Shown piece after piece: positions 51,728 through 61,916 of a stretch of 64,000 nucleotides of DNA. How positions within the stretch are numbered: position 1 is the first letter of the stretch; every line of letters begins with the position of its first letter. The translations under genes were made by a program, and so were the position numbers. Origin of the DNA: an uncultured delta proteobacterium (GTDB lineage: Bacteria; Desulfobacterota; Desulfobacteria; Desulfobacterales; B30-G6); contig CAWJIL010000005.1 of assembly GCA_963842925.1 (NCBI GenBank), forward strand, positions 15,002-79,001, in the 5' to 3' direction. The notes under the pieces were generated by a model. The model was given only the letters and a program-made list of their open reading frames with translations. It had not been told where the DNA came from and did no database searches.

Positions 51728-51802
51728 TGGAGCGGGAAACGGGATTTGAACCCGCGACTTCGACCTTGGCAAGGTCGCACTCTACCACTGAGTTATTCCC
51801 GC
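51728..51802 (-). tRNA. tRNA-Gly(GCC)
   Basis: GCGGGAATAACTCAGTGGTAGAG..TTGCCAA..GTTCAAATC..CCA. Confidence 0.97.
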
Positions 51803-51914
51803 TCATTTGGTCTGCGTTTTCTAACGGGATATAGATCGTTTGTCAATAAAAAATAAATCTGCTTCACAGATTTATGAAACGCGACAATGTCGCTTAATAA
51901 ACCATGAATATTGA

Positions 51915-52481
51915 CTACTGTTTCAATAGATGCCGGGCCCGGATAAAATAATCTGCTCCCGACCAGATGGTAAATATGAGCGCACCCCATAGAAAAAATG
52001 TGCCGATGGCATTCATACTGATTGTGAAATAATCATAATGGAAAAATAAAGGAATGATGGCCGCTATTTGAAAACCTGTTTTATACTTTCCCAACCAGGA
52101 TGCGGACACATCTCCACCCGTTTCGGCAATAATGTTTCTAAGGCCTGTAACAGCCAGTTCCCGCCCGATGATAATGCAAACCATCCATGCCGGCACCCAT
52201 CCGTGGTATACCAGCATGATAAAGGAAGAAGACACCAGCAGTTTATCCGCCACTGGGTCCATGATCTTGCCAAAACTGGAAACCAAGCCGCGCTGACGCG
52301 CGAGATAGCCATCCAGATAGTCTGTTATGGCGGCGGCACTGAAAAAGAGTCCGGCAATAAATGTGCAGAACCGATTCGGAAAATACATTAAAACAATAAT
52401 AATCGGTATTATTCCTATCCGGTACAATGTCAAGGTGTTGGGTTTGGTCAAGGTCTCCTTTATTTTTTCATTGAATGGCAT
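51915..52481 (-). CDS. pgsA: CDP-diacylglycerol--glycerol-3-phosphate 3-phosphatidyltransferase
   Basis: PNTLTLYRI, TDYLDGYLAR, DPVADK; upstream of tRNA-Gly/Cys. Confidence 0.95.
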   Translation of the reverse strand: MPFNEKIKETLTKPNTLTLYRIGIIPIIIVLMYFPNRFCTFIAGLFFSAAAITDYLDGYLARQRGLVSSFGKIMDPVADKLLVSSSFIMLVYHGWVPAWMVCIIIGRELAVTGLRNIIAETGGDVSASWLGKYKTGFQIAAIIPLFFHYDYFTISMNAIGTFFLWGALIFTIWSGADYFIRARHLLKQ

Positions 52482-52513
52482 GATATCTTTAGACTTTCAA
52501 CGTGATGTTCATA

Positions 52514-52774
52514 TCACGTTTCTTTGTGGGAATGAATAAATTTTGCTTTGCATTCCTGACTGCAAAAGAACAGTTCCTCACCTTTATACTGCAGTCCGAT
52601 ACTGTCTCCTTTTGGAAAATAGACGCCACAAACCGGGTCCTGGATCATGACATCATCGATTTCACCTGCAGTAGTGGATGAAACCTCATCTGGCGGTGAC
52701 GATCCAGTCATCAACCAGTTTTTCATTACCCGGTAGCAGAAATATCCCACGACCAGAAAAGCCAGCAGTTTCAT
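52514..52774 (-). CDS. YHS/TRASH-domain small membrane protein
   Basis: QDPVCG, FFCSQEC. Confidence 0.8.
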   Translation of the reverse strand: MKLLAFLVVGYFCYRVMKNWLMTGSSPPDEVSSTTAGEIDDVMIQDPVCGVYFPKGDSIGLQYKGEELFFCSQECKAKFIHSHKET

Positions 52775-53268
52775 TGAATTTCCATGACCTTTTGTTCTGA
52801 ATTCTGCAAACTAGCCAGGAGCGATCGCATATCTTTTCCCAACAAGGGATGCATCATGGACGGCTCTATATCACAAATAGGTTTTAATACAAAGCGCCTT
52901 TTATGCATTCGGGGATGTGGAATTTCCAATGTGTCGGTTTGGATCACCTGGTCATCAAAGAAAATGATATCAAGATCGAGAACACGCGGCCCAAATCGTA
53001 CGGTACTGGTTTTGCGACCCATTGCCTTCTCGACGCCCTTTATCCTTTCCAACAGATCAAACGGATTCAGGGTTGTTTTGATCTCTACCACCAGATTGAC
53101 AAACCAGTCCTGATCTTTATAATCGACGGGGCTCGTTCGATAAAAAGAAGAAGATCGGACAAGAACCGATCGGCCATCTGCCAGCAGCTCGCTAATACCT
53201 TTTTTACAGTTTTCGATTTTGTCTCCCAGGTTCGACCCAACCGAAACAAATGCCCGATGCATGTTCAT
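52771..53268 (-). CDS. folK: 2-amino-4-hydroxy-6-hydroxymethyldihydropteridine diphosphokinase
   Basis: GSNLGD, GPRVLDLDI, PHPRMHKRRFVL. Confidence 0.95.
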   Translation of the reverse strand: MNMHRAFVSVGSNLGDKIENCKKGISELLADGRSVLVRSSSFYRTSPVDYKDQDWFVNLVVEIKTTLNPFDLLERIKGVEKAMGRKTSTVRFGPRVLDLDIIFFDDQVIQTDTLEIPHPRMHKRRFVLKPICDIEPSMMHPLLGKDMRSLLASLQNSEQKVMEIQ

Positions 53269-53559
53269 CCGTAACTTAGTTGCTTTGTTCATTGTGTTCT
53301 TTGGGTTTATTGTGTTGCTTATGGCCGTCGGCTTAGCATTTTGAGTGCGTTTCTGTTTTATTAACCCAATGAACCCAAGAAACGCAATGAACGCTATTCC
53401 CCTCGAACCCTTGTATCACCCTCGGACCCTTGAACCCTTCTATGCCGGGACGATGGACAGCCTTTTAGGGGTTTAGGCTGAAGACTGTTAGGTGCCCTTA
53501 GCAGATAGCCTTCAGCCACCCTCGAACCCTTGTATCACCCTCGGCCCCTTGAACCCTAC

Positions 53560-54390
53560 TTACACACCTTCCCATGCCTCTTTCCAAAGTACGCCATGGT
53601 AAATCACCCGCGCATCCCCTTCCAGATGGATCCGGGTGAACCCACCTTCCTCATATGTGTAGTATACACGAAGCATCACATTGCTGCGTGTTCTGACATT
53701 CACGGGTGACGTCCACTGATGTTTCAAGCACATCACCAAAGAGGCAGCCACACAGCCGGTGCCACAAGCAAGGGTTTCATTTTCCACACCACGCTCATAG
53801 GTTCGAACAACAATGGTATTGTCCCCCACAGGTTCTACGAAATTTACATTCGTGCCTGCGGGTGAGAAAGCCTCATGATATCGAACGGCACATCCCAATT
53901 CAAAGACATCCATGCTCTCCACATCCTCGGTGCTTATCACAACATGTGGCACACCGGTGTTGATAAAATCGTAAGAAAGCTTTGCCCCTTTCACAAGGAG
54001 CGTTCCGTTCTCTCTTAGATCCGTGGGATCGGTCATACCGATTTTTACCCGGTCATTAATAATTTCTGCGGTCACAAGCCCCACATCGGTTTCAAAAGAA
54101 AGTTCCGGCCCAGTAATCCCGGTCAAAAAAGCAAAACGGCTGGCACAACGAGCACCATTCCCACACATCTCCGCCCGGCTGCCGTCCGAATTATAAAACC
54201 GCCATTTAAAATCCGCCCGGGAGCTTTTCTCAACGAGAAGCAATCCATCTGCCCCGACGGACATCTTTCTCCGGCAGGCACCCACAACCAGCTGATTCAG
54301 ATATCGATCATCCACGATGTCGTCACGATTATCGATCAGAATAAAATCGTTACCGCTGCCACTCATCTTGTAGAAGGGTATTTTTTCCAT
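53560..54390 (-). CDS. dapF: Diaminopimelate epimerase
   Basis: GSGNDF, AEMCGNG, TGVPH, ETLACGTG. Confidence 0.96.
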   Translation of the reverse strand: MEKIPFYKMSGSGNDFILIDNRDDIVDDRYLNQLVVGACRRKMSVGADGLLLVEKSSRADFKWRFYNSDGSRAEMCGNGARCASRFAFLTGITGPELSFETDVGLVTAEIINDRVKIGMTDPTDLRENGTLLVKGAKLSYDFINTGVPHVVISTEDVESMDVFELGCAVRYHEAFSPAGTNVNFVEPVGDNTIVVRTYERGVENETLACGTGCVAASLVMCLKHQWTSPVNVRTRSNVMLRVYYTYEEGGFTRIHLEGDARVIYHGVLWKEAWEGV

Positions 54391-54574
54391 TTCTTACCTA
54401 CTTTATGCATTAGGTCCCAAATTTTAATATGTTTATGTTTCTGACAAAAAATTTAAAAGCAATCACAAAAGCACGAAAATTGGAAAACACAAAATATTTT
54501 ATGGTTTTCTTCGTGCTTTCGACCTTTCGTGCTTTCGTGATAAAGAATCTTTTCTAACTTCTGCCTATCAGACT

Positions 54575-55837
54575 TTAGTTGTCCATTAAAAAATCCGGTA
54601 TGGTTTCAAGGCGTATAAGATCTTCATAGCTCTGGCGTCTGTTCGTAACGCTGTACGTATCTTCTTTAACCATGACTTCGGGAACCTTTAGCCGTGAGCA
54701 GTAGTTTGACGACATGACAAAGCCATAGGCACCCGCACTCATGACGGCCAGAAGATCACCCGTTTGTACATCAGCCAAATCCCGATCAAGGGCTAAAAAG
54801 TCTCCCGACTCACAAATAGGTCCCACCACATCCGCCTTGATGGGTTTTCCCTCATTTTTCACCACAGGTTGGATGGCATGAAACGCCTGGTACAAGGAGG
54901 GTCGGATCAGATCGTTCATACCGGCATCCGTTATGACGAATTCTTTGTTCTGGCCGGTTTTTCGATACAAAACACTGGTAACGAGGATACCTGCGTTACC
55001 GACAATAACCCGCCCTGGTTCTAAAATTAACTTATATTCCGTGGGTTTCAATATTTTTTGGATGGCTCCGGCATACTCGTTCGGTTCAGGCGGAGACTCC
55101 CCCTGATATGTTATACCCAGGCCTCCGCCCATATCAAGATAGGAGATCTCAATGCCTTTACGCCTGAGATCACCCACAAGAGACAGAATGTTACCAAGGG
55201 CATCTTCGAAGGGTTTGGCTTCTGATATCTGGGAACCGATATGACAATCGATCCCCAGGATCTTCACATGTTGTCTTGTGGAAGCCATCTCATAGGCCTT
55301 GATGGCTGTTTCCGTGTCGATACCAAATTTACTTTTTTTCAAGCCTGTGGAAATATACGGATGTGTTTTGGGATCCACATCCGGATTGACCCGAATGGCA
55401 ATGGGAGCGATGGTGTCCAGCAGAGTCGCACGCATGTCAATGAGAGCCAATTCTTCAAGAGATTCTACGTTAAACATGAGGATGCCTTCCCGCAGGGCAA
55501 AATCAATTTCGTCGACACGTTTGCCCACACCGGAATAGACAATCCGATTTGCCGGGAAACCGGCTTTCAGACCCTTGTAGAGTTCTCCTCCGGAGACGAT
55601 ATCAAGACCTGCGCCCAGATCTGCCAAAAGCGTCAATATAGCGAGATTTGAATTGGCCTTGGCCGAATAGCAGATCAGTCTTTCAAGCCCATCGAAAGCA
55701 CTGTCAAATATGAGAAAATGCCGTTTGATTGTGGCGTGGCTATAAAGATAAAACGGTGTTCCCACATTCTCAGCAATATCTTTTATGGAAACATTCTCAC
55801 AAAACAGGGCATCTTCTCGATAACTGAAATGGTGCAT
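54575..55837 (-). CDS. lysA: Diaminopimelate decarboxylase
   Basis: YSAKAN, HIGSQ, EPGR, GPICESGD. Confidence 0.96.
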   Translation of the reverse strand: MHHFSYREDALFCENVSIKDIAENVGTPFYLYSHATIKRHFLIFDSAFDGLERLICYSAKANSNLAILTLLADLGAGLDIVSGGELYKGLKAGFPANRIVYSGVGKRVDEIDFALREGILMFNVESLEELALIDMRATLLDTIAPIAIRVNPDVDPKTHPYISTGLKKSKFGIDTETAIKAYEMASTRQHVKILGIDCHIGSQISEAKPFEDALGNILSLVGDLRRKGIEISYLDMGGGLGITYQGESPPEPNEYAGAIQKILKPTEYKLILEPGRVIVGNAGILVTSVLYRKTGQNKEFVITDAGMNDLIRPSLYQAFHAIQPVVKNEGKPIKADVVGPICESGDFLALDRDLADVQTGDLLAVMSAGAYGFVMSSNYCSRLKVPEVMVKEDTYSVTNRRQSYEDLIRLETIPDFLMDN

Positions 55838-55910
55838 TATTTTATCCTTATAAATTCGTTTTACGAATTTATGATAGGCGACGGTGTCGCTTTAATATAT
55901 TGGGAATCAA

Positions 55911-56444
55911 TCAATACGCAACATGGACGATATTTGAGTCCTCTCCGTCGTGATTTCCCGTGTCATATAAAACGATTTTGTAGTAGTAACCAAAGCCTGT
56001 GTCGATGGTATCCTGAAACTGCATGGTTCCGGATCGAGCCGGGATCTTGCTCAATAGTGTAAATGTCCGTGGGCAGTCCTGACAGGGTGCGTTCTTTAAA
56101 GACTCCTTTAAACGAAACACTTTCACGCCTGCGATGCCCGGGTTGTCACCCGGCTGCATTGACGGAACAGACCAGGTCAGATTGAGCTGCTCACCGGCCA
56201 CCTGGTATTGCAGATCACTCACAGCAGGGGGTTTCGCATACACAGGAGGGACAGGCAATCCCTTGATACCGCAGCCCGAAAACGTTAAAAGCAGGGCTAT
56301 CAGGAACGCAATGGCAAAAGATGTAGAAGCTATCTTAAAAATGTCCTTTGGTTCAAACCCTGTGTTGGGCCCGCCTTGACTTTGAACGAAAAACCTATTT
56401 TTAAGATGGCTTCTAATTGATCGAACCATAAGCTTATTTCGCAT
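55911..56444 (-). CDS. LptM/YifL-like lipoprotein with Fn3-like domain; signal peptide carries an in-frame 90-bp insertion
   Basis: FSGCGIKGLPVPP lipobox, CQDCP; located just upstream of lysA-dapF. Confidence 0.75.
   Translation of the reverse strand: MRNKLMVRSIRSHLKNRFFVQSQGGPNTGFEPKDIFKIASTSFAIAFLIALLLTFSGCGIKGLPVPPVYAKPPAVSDLQYQVAGEQLNLTWSVPSMQPGDNPGIAGVKVFRLKESLKNAPCQDCPRTFTLLSKIPARSGTMQFQDTIDTGFGYYYKIVLYDTGNHDGEDSNIVHVAY
56324..56415. mobile_element. MITE inserted in a coding sequence, TA duplication
   Basis: TIR tagaagctatcttaaaaat / atttttaagatggcttcta; short relative of 14856-15028. Confidence 0.8.
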
Positions 56445-57819
56445 CCATCATCTCTTTGTCTGCTTTTGCGATCTGCTCGACCACATTTTTTTTGGCTGTT
56501 CCGCCAAAAGATGTCCGCCTCTCTATCATCTGATCCATGGCAATGAATGAAAAAACATCGCCGTCGATCAGTGATGAAAAGTTTTTCAGCTCTTTCAAAG
56601 AAAGTTCATTGAGTTCTTTTCCTTGCTGAATGGCAATACCAACGGCTTTTCCAACACATCCATGGGCCTCTCGAAAGGTCATGCCCTTACCCACCAGATA
56701 ATCCGCTAAATCGGTTGCATTGAGAAACCCAACCGATGCAGCCTGCAACATGCGTTCTTTGTTGACGTGTATGTTCGGCAGCATCCGGATATAGATTTCA
56801 ATGCAGTCACACAGCGTATCAACCGATCGAAAAAGCGGCATTTTATCTTCCTGCATGTCCCTGTTGTAGGCCAAAGGAAGGGATTTCATCAATGTCAGTA
56901 CGCTCAGCAAATCACCAAAGACACCACCTGTTTTGCCCCGAACCAGCTCCGGAACATCAGGGTTTTTTTTCTGTGGCATGATACTGCTGCCCGTAGCAAA
57001 AGCATCCGGTATCTCGATAAAGTTGAACTCAGAAGTGGACCACAGGATGATTTCTTCGGACAGTCTGCTGAAATGAACCATACAGATACTGGCATGGGCA
57101 AGATATTCCAGTATGAAATCTCTATCTGAAACCGCATCCATGCTGTTATTGGACACACTGCTGAATTCCAATAGACGGGCGGTGTAATGACGATCTATGG
57201 GGTAGGTCGTTCCCGCAAGCGCTGCAGCTCCCAATGGCATGACATCGATGCGCTCCAAAGCATCCCGGAATCGTTCACGGTCACGCTTGAACATTTCATA
57301 ATAAGCCATGAGATGGTGGCTAAACAACACTGGCTGCGCATGCTGCAAATGTGTGTAGCCCGGCATTATTACGTCAATGTGGACCCTGGCCATGTCTACC
57401 AGCGTACGACAAAGTGTTGTCAGGTGCGAAATCGTTTGGCGGGTCTTGTCACGCAGGAACATGCGTACATCCAGGGCAACCTGGTCATTCCGGCTTCTGG
57501 CGGTATGTAGTTTCTGGGCAACCTTACCCACTTCCTGGAGGAGCCGTGTCTCGATGTGCATGTGAATATCTTCCAGAGCGTCATCAAAGAGAAAATCCCC
57601 GTGAGCGATCTCCCGTTTGACAACACCGAGTCCTTGAACAAGGGTCAAGGCTTCATCCTCTGTTATGATACCCGCTTTGGCCAGGGTTTTGCAGTGAGCA
57701 ATACTCCCTTCAATGTCATAGGGGTACAAACGGCTGTCAATGTCTATTGAAGACGTAAAGTGCTCGACACTTCGACTGGTTTTTTCAGAAAACCTGCCAT
57801 CCCAGAGTTTTTCGGACAT
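56434..57819 (-). CDS. argH: Argininosuccinate lyase
   Basis: KLWDGRF, HTARSRNDQ, GSSIMPQKKNPD. Confidence 0.97.
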   Translation of the reverse strand: MSEKLWDGRFSEKTSRSVEHFTSSIDIDSRLYPYDIEGSIAHCKTLAKAGIITEDEALTLVQGLGVVKREIAHGDFLFDDALEDIHMHIETRLLQEVGKVAQKLHTARSRNDQVALDVRMFLRDKTRQTISHLTTLCRTLVDMARVHIDVIMPGYTHLQHAQPVLFSHHLMAYYEMFKRDRERFRDALERIDVMPLGAAALAGTTYPIDRHYTARLLEFSSVSNNSMDAVSDRDFILEYLAHASICMVHFSRLSEEIILWSTSEFNFIEIPDAFATGSSIMPQKKNPDVPELVRGKTGGVFGDLLSVLTLMKSLPLAYNRDMQEDKMPLFRSVDTLCDCIEIYIRMLPNIHVNKERMLQAASVGFLNATDLADYLVGKGMTFREAHGCVGKAVGIAIQQGKELNELSLKELKNFSSLIDGDVFSFIAMDQMIERRTSFGGTAKKNVVEQIAKADKEMMDAK

Positions 57820-57908
57820 TTTCCATGCCTTTCAATCTGTCACATATCATAGATACCAGGGGAAGGATTCGTCTCCGATTCCCCTGTACCGGTTTGTTAT
57901 ACCTATAG

Positions 57909-59105
57909 TTAACTCGTTGCTTCCTTAAGCGCACCATCCAAGCAGTCCACCAACGCATCGATATCCGTCGTCTGCACAATAAGCGGTGGCGCAAACCGCA
58001 GGATCGACGCCTGAATACAGTTAATCAGAAAACCTTTCGCCAGGCAGGCTTTCACCACGGCATCACCCTTTATCTTCAGCTCCATTCCGATGAGAAGTCC
58101 ATACCCCCGGACATCTTCAATAAGCGTGTGCTTCTCCTGAAGTGACTGCAATTTCTTTGTAAAATAGGAACCCATCTGCGCAGCATGTGCAACAATTTTT
58201 TCCGCTTCCATGGTCTTTACAACCGCAAGCGCGGCAGAGGTAACAATCGGAGTCCCACCAAAAGTGGTGGCATGCGCTCCGGGCGAGAATGCCGATGCAA
58301 TCTCTTCCCTGGCAAGCATCGCACCGATAGGCAGACCGTTTCCCAGAGCTTTTGCCAGTGTCATGACATCAGGCACCATACCAAAATGCTCATATGCAAA
58401 CAGCTTCCCCGTCCGCCCCATGCCTGTCTGTATTTCATCGAACACCAGCAGTGTTCCCGTGTCATCGCATATTTTTCGAACTGCTTCCAGATAGTCCGGA
58501 GATGGGCACCGAACGCCGCCCTCCCCCTGTACAGGTTCCAGCATGACCGCTGCGGTAGATGAACCCATTTTCTGTTTCAAAGCATCCAAGTCATCAAAGG
58601 GTACAAAGTCAAACCCACCCAGAACAGGGTCGAACCCTTGTTTGATCTTGTCTTGGCCGGTGGCGGAAAGTGCCGCCATGGTCCGGCCGTGAAATGACTG
58701 CGTCATTGAAATAACACGATATCTTTCTTTTTCACCACGGTCATGGAAATACTTGCGGCACAATTTGATGGCTGCCTCGTTGGCCTCCGCGCCACTATTG
58801 CAGAAGAAAACACGGTCCGCAAAACTGTGTCCCGTCAACCATTCGGCAAGCGCTGTCTGGGGTAATGTGTAGTACAGATTAGAAACATGCCATAGCGACT
58901 CCGCCTGCCTTTGCAATGCCTCGGAAACAACCGGGTGTGCGTGACCCAAATTGCATACCGCAATGCCCGCAATGAAATCCTTATAAGCTCGCCCTTCCAT
59001 ATCCCAGACATCACACCCCTTACCCTTCACCAGAACAATGGGAAACCGAGTGTAGGTGTTCATCATAACGGCGTCGGCCTTACTTCGTAGCTCCTGACTT
59101 GTCAT
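57909..59105 (-). CDS. argD: Acetylornithine aminotransferase
   Basis: NSGAEANE, FHGRT, DEIQTG, TLAKALG. Confidence 0.93.
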   Translation of the reverse strand: MTSQELRSKADAVMMNTYTRFPIVLVKGKGCDVWDMEGRAYKDFIAGIAVCNLGHAHPVVSEALQRQAESLWHVSNLYYTLPQTALAEWLTGHSFADRVFFCNSGAEANEAAIKLCRKYFHDRGEKERYRVISMTQSFHGRTMAALSATGQDKIKQGFDPVLGGFDFVPFDDLDALKQKMGSSTAAVMLEPVQGEGGVRCPSPDYLEAVRKICDDTGTLLVFDEIQTGMGRTGKLFAYEHFGMVPDVMTLAKALGNGLPIGAMLAREEIASAFSPGAHATTFGGTPIVTSAALAVVKTMEAEKIVAHAAQMGSYFTKKLQSLQEKHTLIEDVRGYGLLIGMELKIKGDAVVKACLAKGFLINCIQASILRFAPPLIVQTTDIDALVDCLDGALKEATS

Positions 59106-59335
59106 CTCTTTTCCAACCTCAATTGATAATTATCTGCAAACATCACCAAATCCGGACAAACCGGAAAATAAAAACCCTTTTATCACGAAATCACGAAAAT
59201 ACGAAACCACGAAAAAGGCCATGAACATGTTCGTGTTTTTCAGATTTACCCTTTACGGATACGTCGTGCGTGTCTTTGCGATTGTTTTTATTTTCTTGTC
59301 ACAAAAACACATATTTTACAGTTACAGTACGAAGT

Positions 59336-59548
59336 CTTGCACGGATAGGAGGCTTTCATAGGCAAGGCATCGCAGGGTGAAGGCGTAATTGTTTACTCCG
59401 AACCCTTAGTAACGCCGCATATGAAAACCCCTGCCCCGAGCTTGCAAAAGTCGGAGGCTTTCATAGGCAAGGCATCTAAGGGTGAAGGCGTAATTGTTTA
59501 CTCCGAACCCTTAGTAACGCAGCATATGAAAGCCTCCGGCCTTGCAAG
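59336..59548 (+). repeat. Tandem pair of ~107-bp CAAGGC/AACGC hairpins
   Basis: ggaggctttcataggcaaggcatc..agggtgaaggcgtaattgtttactccgaacccttagtaacgc.gcatatgaaa repeated twice. Confidence 0.9.
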
Positions 59549-60490
59549 CTATTTTCTGGGGTGTGCCTTGTCATACGCCTCCATCAACCTGTCGATGCTG
59601 ACATGTGTATACTTCTGTGTCGTAGACAGACTCTTATGACCCAGTAACTCCTGTACGACCCGCAGGTCAGCACCGGCATCCAGCATATGCGTGGCAAATG
59701 TGTGCCGAAATGCATGCGGTGATACGGGAATGGCTATCCCGCACTCACGGGTAATCTTATCAAGTATGCGGGCAATCGAACGTACTGAAAGCCGGGTATT
59801 GAATTTGTTCAAAAAAAGCGGGCCTTCCCCCCCAAGTTTCGTCGGAGATTGGGCCACAGGGTCCTTCCATTTAATCTGCTCTCGATAAGTCTCGATGGCA
59901 GAAAGCGCGGTTATTCCGATGGGGACCATTCGTTGATGACCGCCCTTGCCCTTTACCCGAATGACATGTTCATGAAAATCAATATTCTGAACATCGAGCC
60001 CAGCCAACTCCGACACCCGGATACCGGTTGAGTATAGTGTTTCAAACATGGCGAGATTGCGCAAGCCCAGCAGCGTATCTGTCTTGACCGAAGCCAAGAG
60101 CCTGAACATGTCATCAATGGGCAGATATGTAGGAATGGGTTGATTCTGCTTGGGTGTCTGAACCGCATCCGAAGGATTGACATCGATATACCCATGTTTG
60201 ACAAGGTAACCATAAAATGACCTAACCGCCGATAGTTTTCGGGCAATGGTCGACTTTTTGCAATGCTGGTGCAGATACCCGAGATACCCCCTGATGGCAA
60301 TCCCTGTAACAGCACTGGCCGGCAGAGTGCCTGAATGGGACCTGCTTTGCAATGCCGTATCAGAAAGCCCGACACGGCTGATAATGTCTGCAAATTCAAT
60401 CAGATCGCTCCGGTAGGAACGGCAGGTGTTCTCTGAATATCCTTTAGCCGTGGAAAGCACCGCAATAAACGATTGGATCATGTCTTTCAT
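59549..60490 (-). CDS. xerC: Tyrosine recombinase XerC
   Basis: TGIRVSEL, SPHAFRHTFATH, LLGHKSLSTTQKYTH, AHPR. Confidence 0.9.
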   Translation of the reverse strand: MKDMIQSFIAVLSTAKGYSENTCRSYRSDLIEFADIISRVGLSDTALQSRSHSGTLPASAVTGIAIRGYLGYLHQHCKKSTIARKLSAVRSFYGYLVKHGYIDVNPSDAVQTPKQNQPIPTYLPIDDMFRLLASVKTDTLLGLRNLAMFETLYSTGIRVSELAGLDVQNIDFHEHVIRVKGKGGHQRMVPIGITALSAIETYREQIKWKDPVAQSPTKLGGEGPLFLNKFNTRLSVRSIARILDKITRECGIAIPVSPHAFRHTFATHMLDAGADLRVVQELLGHKSLSTTQKYTHVSIDRLMEAYDKAHPRK

Positions 60491-60506
60491 GGATGGATTC
60501 GACCTT

Positions 60507-60833
60507 TTAGGCCACCCGGCGCGATTTCTTTTTCAGTCGTGAGATGCGACGGCGGTAAATGGCTACCATTTTAGCATTTTTTTCTTTCAAGGCTGCTTCA
60601 CGCATTTTTTTGAAATTTTTTATCTGGATCTTAACAGATGCTTTGGTTGCAGAAATCTTCTTAACGACTGTATCTTCGATTCCTTTGGCTTGCTTGATGG
60701 CTGCCAGCAGTTCTGCCTTGTGCATGCCATGCACACCGGTTATCTCCGGCAATTCAAGGGCGACTTCCCGGAGTTCTTTTACGGTCATTTTGTCCAAGGG
60801 TTTTTTTAAGTTTTCCAATGTTTCTTCAGTCAT
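60507..60833 (-). CDS. Rho N-terminal-domain-containing basic protein
   Basis: LDKMTVKELREVA..GMHKAELL. Confidence 0.7.
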   Translation of the reverse strand: MTEETLENLKKPLDKMTVKELREVALELPEITGVHGMHKAELLAAIKQAKGIEDTVVKKISATKASVKIQIKNFKKMREAALKEKNAKMVAIYRRRISRLKKKSRRVA

Positions 60834-60993
60834 TTTCTTCCTGGCTCCTTTCATAGGCTGATGCTAAACCGGGCATCACCGGTTTTGATGAATTGAAGAA
60901 CCTCGCAGCAAGTTAGGACTTAGCACTCTCTGTTTGGGTTCATTAATCGATTTTTTCAAACAATGTCAATAGTGATAAATTCGCGCAGCGAAT

Positions 60994-61746
60994 TTATTTA
61001 TCTATCAATTTGAGAAAAGGCTTAAATAAATCAATGGGTATTGGAAAAATGGTGGTGGTGTTGCTTTCCGTTGCCATCTCGTTTACGGTCTGAAGATATC
61101 GAAGCTGAAGTCCGATGGGATTTTTACCCAATATTTCACTTGCTTCACCAAGTTTTGTCGCAGCCTGGAATTCGCCCTCGGCATTGATAACTTTGGCCCG
61201 TCGATCCCTCTCGGCTTCCGCCTGGCGAGCCATGGCGCGTTGCATTTCCTGGGGCAGATCTATATGCTTCAACTCAACCGTCGCAACCTTGATCCCCCAT
61301 GGGTCCGTGTGGGTGTCCAGGATCTCCTGAAGTTCTGAATTGATTTTTTCTCTTTCCGATAGCAGCTCGTCCAGCTCCGCCTGTCCACAAACACTTCGGA
61401 TCGTTGTCTGCGCTAACTGGGACATTGCATAGTTGAAATCTTCCACCTCGATGATGGCCTTGGTGGAATCGATAACCCGAAAGTAAATAACGGCATTCAC
61501 TTTGACGGAAACGTTATCTTTGGTAATGACATCCTGAGGATCCACATCCATAACCACGAGTCTCAGGCTGACCCTCACCATTTTATCGATCACCGGGATC
61601 AGAATGATCAGCCCAGGACCCTTGGCCGTGATAACCCGCCCCAGTCTGAAAATTACCGCCCGTTCATATTCGTTCAAGATTTTTAAAGAGGCTGATAAAA
61701 AAAAGATGACCAGTACGATAATGGCAATGCTTGTTATGGATAGCAT
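60994..61746 (-). CDS. SPFH/slipin (stomatin-like) protein
   Basis: [30 protein letters not shown]. Confidence 0.95.
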   Translation of the reverse strand: MLSITSIAIIVLVIFFLSASLKILNEYERAVIFRLGRVITAKGPGLIILIPVIDKMVRVSLRLVVMDVDPQDVITKDNVSVKVNAVIYFRVIDSTKAIIEVEDFNYAMSQLAQTTIRSVCGQAELDELLSEREKINSELQEILDTHTDPWGIKVATVELKHIDLPQEMQRAMARQAEAERDRRAKVINAEGEFQAATKLGEASEILGKNPIGLQLRYLQTVNEMATESNTTTIFPIPIDLFKPFLKLIDK

Positions 61747-61916
61747 GATGATTCTCCTATGGTTGTGTGGACGGTTAATTTCTTGACTTCAGTCCCTGGA
61801 TCTTTGGATCCAGGTATGCTGGGACGCTAGGATGCCAGGAAGCTGGGATGCCGCTGTCCGCTTACAGCCATCAGCCACCCTCGAACCCTTGTATCACCCT
61901 TGGACCCTCGAACCCT

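Noticed and set aside
51645-51802. tRNA-anchored genomic island carrying the bam cluster
   Set aside because: No integrase beside the tRNAs and no duplicated tRNA 3' end noticed in the window.
59336-59548. Possible CRISPR array
   Set aside because: Only two ~107-bp adjacent units with no unique spacers, and no cas genes; it belongs to the dispersed hairpin family.
59549-60490. xerC as a phage or island integrase
   Set aside because: Typical XerC size and AHPR C-terminus in a housekeeping context.
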